A DNA stretch of 44,589 nucleotides from Candidatus Poribacteria bacterium (lineage in GTDB: Bacteria; Poribacteria; WGA-4E; WGA-3G), in NCBI GenBank assembly GCA_007571355.1, contig RKRO01000509.1, positions 1-44,589 on the forward strand, read 5' to 3'. Numbering within the stretch: position 1 is the first letter of the stretch; the number at the start of each line of letters is the position of its first letter. A program made the translations under genes and the position numbers. The notes below the pieces were generated by a model. The model was not told the origin of the DNA and made no database searches. It saw nothing but the letters and a program-made list of their open reading frames with translations. Below are positions 28,732 through 38,103 of the stretch, in pieces.

Positions 28732-29991
28732 TTAGGTTTTTAGTAATTTTCCACGTAAAATAACCGTTTTAACGTTCAAATTTTCGTCCACAATAACAAT
28801 ATCTGCTGTCTTACCGGTCGCAATTGACCCGACGGATGTTGCGATCCCTAAATTTTGAGCGGGTGTTAACGTTGCCATAGTTAACGCGTCACTTAAAGGA
28901 TGCCCCCAATTAACGACATTTCGGACTCCCTCCATGAGCGTAATCGTCGCTCCAGCGAGACGTTCCGTCGGTCTGCCGACATCGAGCCACATCGCGCCCT
29001 TGCGGACGTACTTCTCGGTGGTACCTGCTTCAAAAGCGGTGTCGCTTTCGGCAATCGCGTTTTCGTTGAGTTTGTAAGCATCAAGTTCCGGGATGTATGT
29101 CGCTGATGCCTGCCAGTCTTCAGGCGGAACACCGGCCAGTTCTGTGCAGTCCGTAATTAACCCGACCGCCTGAATCCCTTTCTGCTGAATGAGGTTATTC
29201 CCCCAAAATGGATGGACATGATGTTCGTCGACAATGAGTTCTGCATGGATATTCTGGTGGGAAAGGACCGCTTCAACTGCCCCGAGTTCACGATGATGCA
29301 TGCCACTCATACCGTTGTAGGTGTGTGTCGCCCGTGTTATACCCGCATCAATTGCTGCCATTGCCTGTTGATATGTAGCGTTTGTGTGCCCCATGGCGAT
29401 GATGATATCGTTGTAAGCGTCTGTCTTGTAGGTTGCAAGGTGCTTGATAAACTGGAAATTCTCATCGTTTTCTGGGGCGACCGAGATCACTTTCAGTGTG
29501 CCATCCGCGGCTGCCCACATGGCATGGAACTCTTCAAAGTTCGGCGGTGTAATATACTTCGCGTTCTGTGCGCCATTTTTCGCGAGACTCCCGAATTTCC
29601 CTTCAACATACGAACCTAAAACCCGTGCACCGTCCGCTACGGGTTCATCAACGACGTGGGCAATAGCCTTTAAGGCAGTGTTAATTTGCGCCATGCTGCC
29701 AGAGGAGATGCCTAACACCAACGAAGTGACACCGCTGCGAGCATGCGCCCGTGTGATCGTTGCTATGTCTTCGACCTCACCTGTCATCGTATCACAGCCG
29801 CCGCCGCCGTGTATCAATCCATCAATCAACCCTGGAATTACAAGGCAGTTAGAGGCATCGATAACCTGTCCTGCCCGTTGATGTGTCTCTGTTGTTATTT
29901 CTGAAATTGTGTCGTCTTGAATAACGATACTCCCGTGTCCGAAATGTGTTGGAGTATAGATATCGCCGTTCACTATCGTGAGTGTTTCCAT
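28732..29991 (-). CDS. amidohydrolase, N-acetylglucosamine-6-phosphate deacetylase (NagA)-like
   Basis: Contains PGLIDGLIHGGGGCD, like the NagA PG-ID-H-HGG-G loop, and the overall metal-dependent hydrolase pattern. I chose start ATG 29991 (METLTIVNGDIYTP) rather than 30036. Confidence 0.65.
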   Translation of the reverse strand: METLTIVNGDIYTPTHFGHGSIVIQDDTISEITTETHQRAGQVIDASNCLVIPGLIDGLIHGGGGCDTMTGEVEDIATITRAHARSGVTSLVLGISSGSMAQINTALKAIAHVVDEPVADGARVLGSYVEGKFGSLAKNGAQNAKYITPPNFEEFHAMWAAADGTLKVISVAPENDENFQFIKHLATYKTDAYNDIIIAMGHTNATYQQAMAAIDAGITRATHTYNGMSGMHHRELGAVEAVLSHQNIHAELIVDEHHVHPFWGNNLIQQKGIQAVGLITDCTELAGVPPEDWQASATYIPELDAYKLNENAIAESDTAFEAGTTEKYVRKGAMWLDVGRPTERLAGATITLMEGVRNVVNWGHPLSDALTMATLTPAQNLGIATSVGSIATGKTADIVIVDENLNVKTVILRGKLLKT

Positions 29992-30014
29992 AACACAAGT
30001 GTGCCTTAGTTTCG

Positions 30015-30647
30015 CTAAATCTCCTCTGATATCCATAAAATGCTTTGCGCCAGAAACCGAAGAAAGGGTTCTACTTCAAAATCACTTTGATGCCCTAATG
30101 AAGTATAACAGACGCGACCGCCGTTATGCAAGCGCGTCCATGCTATGGGTTCTGAATGTTCATCTGTGTGTCCCATTAACAGTAGAGATGTATCATCACA
30201 AAGCGATGGATTTTTGTAAAGACTTCCGTAGCAATTAAACGCGGGAATCCCCTTGAGAATAGGATGTTCCGCCTTTACTATTTCTACACGAGTCATCGGT
30301 CCGGAACCGTAATGCCCTTGATAGTCGCCGCCGAGAACATCTTTGTCAAATGCAAGCCAGTTTTGATACGCGTGACTGGCTGTCCTAACCCCAACAATGG
30401 GTCTGCCTTGTTCACAGTAATTTTGAAATTGCCTGAGTGACGCCCCATCTGTATTGAGACGCCGCGTGAAAACTAACAGAGCATCTGCGTCATCCAACGC
30501 AGCCAAAGATGGATCATCGTCTTCTGAACTATAGGCGATTAAATTCGTTTTGATCGGATACTGTTTTTCAACATACGCCCTGAAAGTTGTCAAAGATACT
30601 TCAGAACCATATTCAAAGGAACCTGAGAGCATACACAAATTAATCAA
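30015..30647 (-). CDS. ThuA-domain (trehalose-utilisation-like) protein
   Basis: 210 aa. The C-terminal GGRVCYTSLGHQSDFEVEPFLRFLAQSILW matches the ThuA signature. It overlaps the folA stop by 8 nt. Confidence 0.65.
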   Translation of the reverse strand: MINLCMLSGSFEYGSEVSLTTFRAYVEKQYPIKTNLIAYSSEDDDPSLAALDDADALLVFTRRLNTDGASLRQFQNYCEQGRPIVGVRTASHAYQNWLAFDKDVLGGDYQGHYGSGPMTRVEIVKAEHPILKGIPAFNCYGSLYKNPSLCDDTSLLLMGHTDEHSEPIAWTRLHNGGRVCYTSLGHQSDFEVEPFLRFLAQSILWISEEI

Positions 30648-31149
30648 GGATGTATTCCTCTTTCTCTTTTTCTAAAAACAGGAAACTGTACGAATGCGGG
30701 TTTTTTTTGTCAGGTTCGTTATCAATCCGTTTTACTTCCTGCCACGCTGCAATGTCAAATTCTGGGAAATAGACATCACCTTCAAACGTCGCATGGATCT
30801 GTGTGATATAGAGCCTGTCGGCGTGCGGTAAAAAGGCTTGATATATCGGTGCACCCCCACATATCATGAGTTCTTCTACTTCCTGAGAACCTTTAATAAC
30901 TTCTTCTACGGAGTGTGCGACAACACAATCTTCCGGTGCCTTGTAAGTCGTGTTCCGTGTGAGAATGATGTTCTGCCGCTTGCCTAAAGGGCGTTTGAGG
31001 GTTTCAAAAGTTTTGCGTCCCATAACGACGGGCTTACCGATGGTCATGTCACGAAAATGTCGTCGGTCAGCAGGCATCTGCCACGGGATGTCCGGTCCGT
31101 TGCCGATCAACCTATTTTTGTCCATCGCGGCGATCATTGAAATTAACAT
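30640..31149 (-). CDS. folA: dihydrofolate reductase
   Basis: 169 aa. Contains ISMIAAMDKNRLIGNGPDIPWQMPADRRHFRDMTIGKPVVMGRKTFE. Confidence 0.92.
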   Translation of the reverse strand: MLISMIAAMDKNRLIGNGPDIPWQMPADRRHFRDMTIGKPVVMGRKTFETLKRPLGKRQNIILTRNTTYKAPEDCVVAHSVEEVIKGSQEVEELMICGGAPIYQAFLPHADRLYITQIHATFEGDVYFPEFDIAAWQEVKRIDNEPDKKNPHSYSFLFLEKEKEEYILD

Positions 31150-31176
31150 TTTACGGTTCTACTCCTTATTCTCCTC

Positions 31177-31974
31177 TTAGACAATCAGAGGTGCGCGAAT
31201 TGCGTCGTGGTGTTGGTAGCCCTCTAGCTGAATGTGCTGCATTTTGAAAGCATCAATTGACTTGATTTTCGGCTTCAAAACAAGTTTGGGGAGCGGGTAA
31301 GGTTCCCGTTTCAATTGCATCTCGACGGCTTCAAAATGTGCGTGATAGATGTGAGCATCCCCTAACGTATGAATGAATTCATGAGGCGTTAAATCTGTTA
31401 CTTGAGACACCATGTGGAGGAGAAGGGCATACGAGGCGATATTAAAAGGGACACCTAAGAACATATCACAACTCGGTTGATACATCTGAAGCGACAACTT
31501 GCCATCTGCGATAAAGAATTGAAAACACATGTGACAGGGTGTCAACGCCATCTCGTCTAATTCGGCTGGATTCCACGCCGTAACAATATGTTTACGGCTA
31601 TGTGGGTTTGCCTGGAGTTGTTCAATGACTTTGGCGAGTTGATCAATTGTGCCTTCTTCCGTTTTCCACTTTCGCCATTGGACACCGTATATCCGTCCAA
31701 GGTACCCGTCTCGTCCCCAGGCATCAGCGTTAGCGTTCCATATCTGTGTCCCGAGTTTTTCAAACTGTTCAGCGTGATCGTAGCCGCGCAGGAAACCCAA
31801 AAGCTCGGCTTTAACAGATCGGAAAGCGAGTTTCTTAGTTGTTACAGCAGGAAATCCGTCTTCCATGTTATATCGCATCTGCATCCCGAAGATAGCACGT
31901 GTCTTCCCGTTTCTACCGATTCGGTCGACACCGGTATCCAATATCTGTTGAAGTCCTTCAAGGTACTGTTTCAT
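31177..31974 (-). CDS. thyA: thymidylate synthase (ThyA type)
   Basis: 265 aa. Starts MKQYLEGLQQILDTG and contains LTPCHMCFQFF and DMFLGVPFNIASYALL. Confidence 0.96.
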   Translation of the reverse strand: MKQYLEGLQQILDTGVDRIGRNGKTRAIFGMQMRYNMEDGFPAVTTKKLAFRSVKAELLGFLRGYDHAEQFEKLGTQIWNANADAWGRDGYLGRIYGVQWRKWKTEEGTIDQLAKVIEQLQANPHSRKHIVTAWNPAELDEMALTPCHMCFQFFIADGKLSLQMYQPSCDMFLGVPFNIASYALLLHMVSQVTDLTPHEFIHTLGDAHIYHAHFEAVEMQLKREPYPLPKLVLKPKIKSIDAFKMQHIQLEGYQHHDAIRAPLIV

Positions 31975-32075
31975 CTAATTCCGACTGATTGCCAACGTTT
32001 GCTATTGGCACTCCTCCTATACGTAACGCAAATTTTAGCTGTTGGAGTTGAAAACCTCTTCTACATAGCATAAGG

Positions 32076-32513
32076 TTACCGATCTGTGCTACCAAATCCG
32101 CCTCTTGAAGCGGCGGTCATCTGTTCGACCTCATTCCATTCTGCTGTTCCTACACGGACAAAGATCGCTTGTGCGATCCGACTGCCTCTTTCGACATTCA
32201 CGATTTCGTCAGTAAAATTATAGACCTGGATTTTCAATTCGTCTTCCTCGCCACAGTAGTCATTGTCAACGATACCGACCCCTTGTGGCATCATCAGCCC
32301 CAATTTGCGTGGCGTGCTGCTCCGCAAACAGACCATCAGCGTATAACCTGGGGGAGTTTCGACGATAACATTTGCAGGGATGAGGACAATAGATTGGGGC
32401 GGAATCTCCGCGGACTCTCGACAGATAAGATCGAAACCTACGGAACCCGCTGTCTCATATTTTGGTAACGGCAGCGTTTTATCTATGCGTTTGATTTTAA
32501 TTTGTATTGTCAT
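32076..32513 (-). CDS. dut: dUTP diphosphatase
   Basis: Contains AGSVGFDL, GVGIVDNDYCGE and a C-terminal SRGGFGSTD motif. Start ATG 32513 overlaps the upstream TAA by 1 nt (TAATG). Confidence 0.85.
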   Translation of the reverse strand: MTIQIKIKRIDKTLPLPKYETAGSVGFDLICRESAEIPPQSIVLIPANVIVETPPGYTLMVCLRSSTPRKLGLMMPQGVGIVDNDYCGEEDELKIQVYNFTDEIVNVERGSRIAQAIFVRVGTAEWNEVEQMTAASRGGFGSTDR

Positions 32514-33397
32514 TAGGGGACTGAGACTCCGACTGTTTTGCATGCTATACGATAGACGGAGGTACTCGCTGTAATAAACAGCGTTTTCCAATCATCACCG
32601 CCCCACGCCAAGTTCGCAGCACGCTCAGGAACAGGGATAACGCCGAGGTGTGTTCCATCCGGTGTGAAGACCCAAATCCCGCCAGGCCCCGTTAGATAAA
32701 CATTCCCTTGGATGTCAACCTTCATGCCGTCAGGTTTCCCGCCATCTCCCTCTTCTTCGCCGAAGACGCGATCGTTGGTAATTGTGCCATCAGATTGAAC
32801 GTCAAATGCGCGGACATGCATCCGTTCAGTATCGTTAATATAGAGGGTGGATTCGTCCGGTGAGAAGCAGATACCGTTGGGTCTATTAAAATCGTCAACG
32901 AGGAGTGTCAGCGTCTCATAGTCCGATGATAAGCGGTAGACCCCTTGAAAATCGAGTTCTTTTTCTGATTCCGCCCCGTATGCTGCGCTGAGGCCGTACG
33001 GTGGGTCGGTGAAATAGATGCTCCCATCAGATTTTACAACGATATCGTTCGGACTGTTCAGGCGTTTTCCCTGGTAGTGGGAGGCAATTGTGAGAACGTC
33101 GCCATCGGCTGTTGTGAGTGATACCCGCCGGTTCGCGTGTTCACAAGCGATGAGGTGTCCACCTTTGTCGTAAGTCAATCCGTTTGATTTACCGGATGGG
33201 TCGCGGAAGACGGTCATCCCAGTTTCTGCGTCCCACTTCCGCATTTTATTTGCCGGAATATCGCTAAAGAGCAGGAATTGTCCGGTGGCGTGCCAGAGGG
33301 GTCCCTCTGTGAATTGGCACCCGGTTGCAATTTGTTCAATGTCTGCTGCCGCGTCAACTAAGTTTAATAATCGCGTGTCGCGTACGTCAAGTGGCAT
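32513..33397 (-). CDS. SMP-30 / gluconolactonase / LRE-like beta-propeller protein
   Basis: Contains FTEGPLWH, NGLTYDKGGHLIACEH, LNSPNDIVVKSDGSIYFTDP and RPNGICFSPDE. I chose start ATG 33397 (AAGGGGA SD). Confidence 0.85.
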   Translation of the reverse strand: MPLDVRDTRLLNLVDAAADIEQIATGCQFTEGPLWHATGQFLLFSDIPANKMRKWDAETGMTVFRDPSGKSNGLTYDKGGHLIACEHANRRVSLTTADGDVLTIASHYQGKRLNSPNDIVVKSDGSIYFTDPPYGLSAAYGAESEKELDFQGVYRLSSDYETLTLLVDDFNRPNGICFSPDESTLYINDTERMHVRAFDVQSDGTITNDRVFGEEEGDGGKPDGMKVDIQGNVYLTGPGGIWVFTPDGTHLGVIPVPERAANLAWGGDDWKTLFITASTSVYRIACKTVGVSVP

Positions 33398-33410
33398 ATT
33401 TCCCCTTAAA

Positions 33411-33430
33411 ATGTTACACTGGTGTAACAT
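33411..33430. promoter_or_regulatory. 20-bp perfect palindrome ATGTTACAC-TG-GTGTAACAT, candidate operator
   Basis: It lies 14 nt upstream of the SMP-30-like start codon. An extra half-site GTGTAACAT is at 33523..33531, and a related palindrome ATGTTAACAT is at 33633..33642. Confidence 0.5.
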
Positions 33431-33613
33431 TAGCATATTAAGAAGCATCGCGTGCGAACCTATACGGTGCATTGCTTCTAAGGCATTTTCGTTAAAAAAT
33501 CTGTCGCGAAAATTTATTAAAAGTGTAACATTTTCCGTTAGGTGCTACACATGGAGGAGGCGCTAAGTTTATTATGAAGTCAAGATGCATACGGTGCGAA
33601 AATTAAAAAATCC

Positions 33614-33642
33614 TTGACAGTTATCCTTTTTAATGTTAACAT
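33614..33642 (+). promoter_or_regulatory. sigma-70-like promoter (TTGACA-17-TAACAT) pointing antisense into tRNA-Arg
   Basis: TTGACA at 33614..33619 and TAACAT at 33637..33642. There is no obvious plus-strand gene before 33896. Confidence 0.3.
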
Positions 33643-33714
33643 ACTCTAAAGTGTAAGTATGGAATTTTACGGAGTGCTAATGTGTTTTGCATACTATTCA
33701 TTTAAAGCAAAGAA

Positions 33715-33788
<74 letters not shown>

Positions 33789-33834
33789 ATAAGGATCTCA
33801 TGAGCGAAATCGGTAATGTATAAATTCCTATAAT

Positions 33835-33863
33835 ATTTTAACAAATTCAATATCTTTTGTCAA
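33835..33863 (-). promoter_or_regulatory. sigma-70 promoter (TTGACA-17-TAAAAT) for tRNA-Arg
   Basis: On the minus strand, TTGACA is at 33863..33858 and TAAAAT at 33840..33835, about 45 nt upstream of the tRNA 5' end. Confidence 0.6.
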
Positions 33864-33895
33864 GTCTTTAACGTAAAAACCCAAGGAGGCGTAGG

Positions 33896-35023
33896 GTGAA
33901 ACGCAAATTAAAACAACTTTCAGTTCTTACCGTTTTGGTGGTCTTTCTATTCAGTCTCGCGCCGGATATTGTGGAGAGCCGCCGCGGCGGGCGGAGTTTC
34001 AGTCGTAGCCGGAGTTTTAGTCGCAGCTCAACCCGGCGAAGTTACAGCGCGCCGAAGCGCCCCACGAGCAGCACACGGAGTCAGAGCAGTACCAACCGCT
34101 CTTATAGCAGCCCCCGATCGACAACACGGACAACCCGCAGCACAGGTAGCACCTACAACAGAAGTAGTTCAACGAGAACTACCGGCACGCGTACCAGCAC
34201 GGCAGCACGACAAAGGCAGACAGCTACAAATAGGGCGAAAGCGACACCGCCGAATTCAACCCGAAGCACAACGGCGACGCGGAACGCATCCCGCACGCAA
34301 CAACGCGCAACGACTGCACAAAATCGGAAACAGGTCCGGCAACTCAAGGCGGAAAACCGCACTTTGAAACGCCAGGTCAGAACAACCGATCGTCGAACTG
34401 CAAAGGCCCGTCGAGAACAACGTTCTACGATTAATATCAACAACTACGGTGGTTATTACCCGGTCATGGGGTACTCGATGTACAGCATGGCAGCCTCCAT
34501 GGCGTTTAATAACCTGATGTTCGGTATCTATTTCCATGATTACTACAACCACGCGATTCAACGAAGTTATCTCTGGCACTATCACCATCCGAAATACGAT
34601 CGATCCCATTGGAGTGCCGAAAAGCAAGCCGAATATGATTTTTATAAGGAGTACTACGAAAGTCAAGGTATTGAACCGAACTCGAATTACGTCGATCCCG
34701 GCACAAATCGCGATGAAGACTACGCAGCAAGTTATGTTGAAGCAAACCCCGATGAATTTTATGGCGATAATGTGGAGGTCTTCACTGTTGACGAACTACC
34801 CGATGAGGCAGCAATAAAACAGGAACTCCTCGCAGCCGCCTCAGACACACCAACGGTAACAGCAACCGCTGCGACAACAGCACCCGCGCGAGCACCACCA
34901 GCCACACAGACTGTTATTGTAAAGAAAAAGACCTCCGGGGCAACTTGGTTCCTCCTTATTTTTGGAAGTCTCCTTGTTGTGGGTGTTATTATGTTAGTAA
35001 TGTATAACAAGGGTTACTTTTAG
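33896..35023 (+). CDS. hypothetical secreted protein: signal peptide, about 150 aa of Arg/Ser/Thr-rich low complexity, Tyr/His-rich domain, C-terminal TM anchor
   Basis: 375-aa ORF. GTG start after AAGGAGG. Contains RSFSRSRSFSRSSTRRSYS...TRSTTATRNASRTQQ, and the C-terminus is ATWFLLIFGSLLVVGVIMLVMY. Confidence 0.6.
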   Translation: MKRKLKQLSVLTVLVVFLFSLAPDIVESRRGGRSFSRSRSFSRSSTRRSYSAPKRPTSSTRSQSSTNRSYSSPRSTTRTTRSTGSTYNRSSSTRTTGTRTSTAARQRQTATNRAKATPPNSTRSTTATRNASRTQQRATTAQNRKQVRQLKAENRTLKRQVRTTDRRTAKARREQRSTININNYGGYYPVMGYSMYSMAASMAFNNLMFGIYFHDYYNHAIQRSYLWHYHHPKYDRSHWSAEKQAEYDFYKEYYESQGIEPNSNYVDPGTNRDEDYAASYVEANPDEFYGDNVEVFTVDELPDEAAIKQELLAAASDTPTVTATAATTAPARAPPATQTVIVKKKTSGATWFLLIFGSLLVVGVIMLVMYNKGYF

Positions 35024-35030
35024 GGTGATA

Positions 35031-35663
35031 ATGATGGCACTATTTGGTAGAGGCAAAAAAGATGGGAGATCCCTGTTCGGTAGACGCAAGAATGCCGAAT
35101 CTAAAAAGCCAGTACGGCATGAATTGGTCGATATTCCGATTAACAGTATGATTGAACTCTCCGATATCATCACTTATGAGAAGACTGGAGATACTTCACA
35201 TGCCTTCAAACTTGTCACGCGAAAAAAATATGAAGGCGAAAGCCTTCAGCGTTATATGTATCACATTCGAGACGCAGAAGAAGAAGTCGTACTTGGTGTT
35301 GACCATATCGCAGGGACAAAGGAGGAATACGAGGTTTCTCGCTGGATTGTTGATGATGAGTGCGCGCTCGGAGATCCGCTGCCCGATCACATGACGCTCT
35401 ATTTTCCTGATCCAGATAACGAAAACGAGGAAATTGCCGTTGCGTACACTCGACAGGATGTTGTGCCTGCAATCCTCACTGTTACCAATGCCCAGGGTGA
35501 AGAAAAATTTGACGTTGAATTGCACGAGTACGCCAGCAGTGATGATGCGTTTATGTCTATTGAACTCTGCGGGGATTGGCTAACCTTCTACACCGGTGTA
35601 CTTATCACGCGTTCTGATATAGAAATCTATCCAGCGATGGAGCCCGCGTCTGAAAGCAAATAG
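35031..35663 (+). CDS. hypothetical cytoplasmic protein (possibly DUF4178-like)
   Basis: Starts 8 nt after the upstream stop. I preferred ATG 35031 to GTG 35025. The DUF4178 resemblance is from memory only. Confidence 0.5.
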   Translation: MMALFGRGKKDGRSLFGRRKNAESKKPVRHELVDIPINSMIELSDIITYEKTGDTSHAFKLVTRKKYEGESLQRYMYHIRDAEEEVVLGVDHIAGTKEEYEVSRWIVDDECALGDPLPDHMTLYFPDPDNENEEIAVAYTRQDVVPAILTVTNAQGEEKFDVELHEYASSDDAFMSIELCGDWLTFYTGVLITRSDIEIYPAMEPASESK

Positions 35664-35824
35664 GTTTTGTCCCAATTTATTCATCAGGTGGGGTTTTGGT
35701 GCCTCGCCTTGTGTTGTATGTGGTTACGGGCAGTGATAATAAAATTAACGTGACCTGAAGGCAATAATAGAGTCTGAAACCCAGAATACTTAAACAGGCA
35801 AATGCAAGTGCGTATGCTAAACGG

Positions 35825-36751
35825 CTAACGCCGCATGTTTACCAAATAAATCCCGCCCGCTACGAGAATAGCACCGACGAGCAGGCTAATTGTTAGTTCG
35901 TCACCTAAGACCAGATAACTGAACACAACACCCGAAAGCGGCGTTGCAAAGAAAAGTACCACCAGTTTACTTGCGCTGTATCTTTCAAGTATTGAAGTCC
36001 ACGCTAAGAAACAGTAACCAGCGACAACACCCCCTTGATAAAGGAGTGCGGCAGCACTTGAAAGGGTCAGTCGCATCGGTTCGCCCCGCTCGAGGATCAA
36101 ATGCATTGCGGCATAACAGGGGAGACTCAAACTTAAATACCAGACGAGAAGTCGGTACGGGTGAATGGATTGGATGAGGAGTTTTGTCACGACGACACGT
36201 AGCCCCAGGAACCCACCACTGATGAGTACAAGAATATCGCCAAGGATACTCGTTTCGCCTTCTCCGAGATTCGGGGCGACGGTTATGAAGACACCACTAA
36301 AAGCGACAATAATGCCCAAGGTCTTTGGGACAGAGAGGCGTTCACCGGGAATCCAGAAATGCGCGAAGAGTGCGGTGAAAAAGGGGTAGACGTTAATAAA
36401 AATAGTAGAGCGGGATGCTGTCGTGAATAGGGTACCGGTGTTCAAACAGATAATTTGGAGTATGAAAATCGTTGTCAGCAGCATCAATCGCGAAAGTTCG
36501 CCGCGGCGCAAACCGAGTGAGACACGGCGAAACAGCGACCAACCGCCAACAACAACAAGACCTATCACAAAACGGAAAAATGCCAACGCCATCGGTGGGA
36601 AATCTTGCAGACCGACTTTTATTGACGGTGAATTCCCACCCCAAAGAAACGCGAGGAGCAGACTGAGGGCAATAATTTTCCCGTGTGGCTCCTCGCTGAT
36701 AACGTCGGGTCTGGGTGGTGTTTCGATAGTTTCGTTTCTATTTGAAGGCAA
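35825..36751 (-). CDS. EamA/DMT-family transporter
   Basis: 308 aa, about 10 TM helices in two repeated halves. GNSPSIKVGL is typical of EamA domains. Confidence 0.75.
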   Translation of the reverse strand: MPSNRNETIETPPRPDVISEEPHGKIIALSLLLAFLWGGNSPSIKVGLQDFPPMALAFFRFVIGLVVVGGWSLFRRVSLGLRRGELSRLMLLTTIFILQIICLNTGTLFTTASRSTIFINVYPFFTALFAHFWIPGERLSVPKTLGIIVAFSGVFITVAPNLGEGETSILGDILVLISGGFLGLRVVVTKLLIQSIHPYRLLVWYLSLSLPCYAAMHLILERGEPMRLTLSSAAALLYQGGVVAGYCFLAWTSILERYSASKLVVLFFATPLSGVVFSYLVLGDELTISLLVGAILVAGGIYLVNMRR

Positions 36752-36795
36752 CTGTTGTCCTCGGTGGCAGTTATTATTCTCTGAAAAAAATTAGA

Positions 36796-37599
36796 TCAAT
36801 CGTAGGCACCGGGGCGGTGGTTGCCCATTAATCGTTGTTGACGTTCTGTTGCCTGTTCCAAGATCGCCGCATCGAACTGAAACCGGTTCAGGTAAGGCGG
36901 GAATTTTTGCGTGATCATACGGTTCGCGTAATGCACTTGTAATAGGTAGCGCGTTTGATGGCTACGGTTTGCTGTGCCTCGGTGCCAAACCTCACTGCGG
37001 AAAAGCACGACATCACCAGCGTTACAGAGGATACTCTGTTCTTTAGCCCCTTTCCATTCCGTTTCACCATCCGGTCGCCGTCCGGACAGATGACTACCGG
37101 GAACGAACTTCGTCGGACCGAGAGCTTCGTAGAGGTTGTCCAAGTAATAGTGCGCTGTTGTGATAAAAATGGGCACTTTCACCCGCGGGTCTTCTAAAAC
37201 ATCTGTGGGCAGCGGAATCGGCAGCCAATCAGTGTGCAGCCCTTGGTCGGGACGCCCCGGACCTGTTATCCAAGCCGTCATACCGATGACGTGGCAATCG
37301 GCCCCGTGAACCGCCTCTGCTAATTCAATGACCGGAGACTTATCTAAATATTGCAGAAAGACGGGGTCGCGATTGAAGGCGTTATTGATGTGTTTGTTAA
37401 GAAAACCGTTTCCGTTTTCTGGGACGCTGTGCCGATCAAAACTTTCAGGGATCGCTGTTAGCCGATCCATCGCTGCCCGAAGTTCGGCAAGTTCTGTTCC
37501 CTCAATAACCTTCGGAAGATAGGCGTACCCATCCTCTTCCATCGCTTTCACGCGGTTTTCGAGGTCCGGATAGGCAACGAGAGGTAAGGTTTGGCTCAT
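36796..37599 (-). CDS. phytanoyl-CoA dioxygenase (PhyH) family Fe(II)/2-oxoglutarate oxygenase
   Basis: Contains GLHTDW and VVLFRSEVWHRGTANRS (HxD...H plus R pattern). The start was moved to ATG 37599 because the ORF-track start 37671 lies upstream of the -10 box. Confidence 0.75.
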   Translation of the reverse strand: MSQTLPLVAYPDLENRVKAMEEDGYAYLPKVIEGTELAELRAAMDRLTAIPESFDRHSVPENGNGFLNKHINNAFNRDPVFLQYLDKSPVIELAEAVHGADCHVIGMTAWITGPGRPDQGLHTDWLPIPLPTDVLEDPRVKVPIFITTAHYYLDNLYEALGPTKFVPGSHLSGRRPDGETEWKGAKEQSILCNAGDVVLFRSEVWHRGTANRSHQTRYLLQVHYANRMITQKFPPYLNRFQFDAAILEQATERQQRLMGNHRPGAYD

Positions 37600-37655
37600 T
37601 ATCCTTGTTTTCCCCCTTTTATGAAAAAAGCCGAAATAGATACTTCCACATGCGT

Positions 37656-37684
37656 ATTTTACAACTTTCAAGATGTTATGTCAA
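37656..37684 (-). promoter_or_regulatory. sigma-70 promoter (TTGACA-17-TAAAAT) for the PhyH gene
   Basis: On the minus strand, TTGACA is at 37684..37679 and TAAAAT at 37661..37656. Confidence 0.6.
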
Positions 37685-37769
37685 CTTTTTTCCGAACAAA
37701 ACGTTAGTTAAGTGCATCCAAAATAGTGTAACAGTGAAATAACAGTTATCAAAAAAGGAGAAAATTCAG

Positions 37770-38036
37770 ATGAAAAAAGAAAGAACATCCCCTGAAACTC
37801 ATGAATCTCGTAATAAAGATACTGCTATCCGCGTCTTGGGGGTCGTCATGGAATCTTTACCGGGCAACCTTTTTCAGGTGAAGTTAGAAGAGAACGACCA
37901 CAAAGTGGTAGCGTACCTCGCAGGTAAACTGATGCAGCACAAAATCTGGGTGCTTCCCGGTGATCATGTTACCGTCGAACTTTCTCCGTATGACTTAACG
38001 CGCGGACGTATCATCTGGCGGAATCCGGGTGCGTAA
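37770..38036 (+). CDS. infA: translation initiation factor IF-1 with an approximately 15-aa N-terminal extension
   Basis: 88 aa. [33 protein letters not shown]...[21 protein letters not shown] matches the IF-1 S1-fold. AAGGAG SD. It lies outside the r-protein cluster. Confidence 0.88.
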   Translation: MKKERTSPETHESRNKDTAIRVLGVVMESLPGNLFQVKLEENDHKVVAYLAGKLMQHKIWVLPGDHVTVELSPYDLTRGRIIWRNPGA

Positions 38037-38103
38037 CTGGTTTTTGCGAAGTGTGTAGTGCTTCGGAAAACTAAAAGTTTGTTCTACATTCGGTGAATCT
38101 AAG

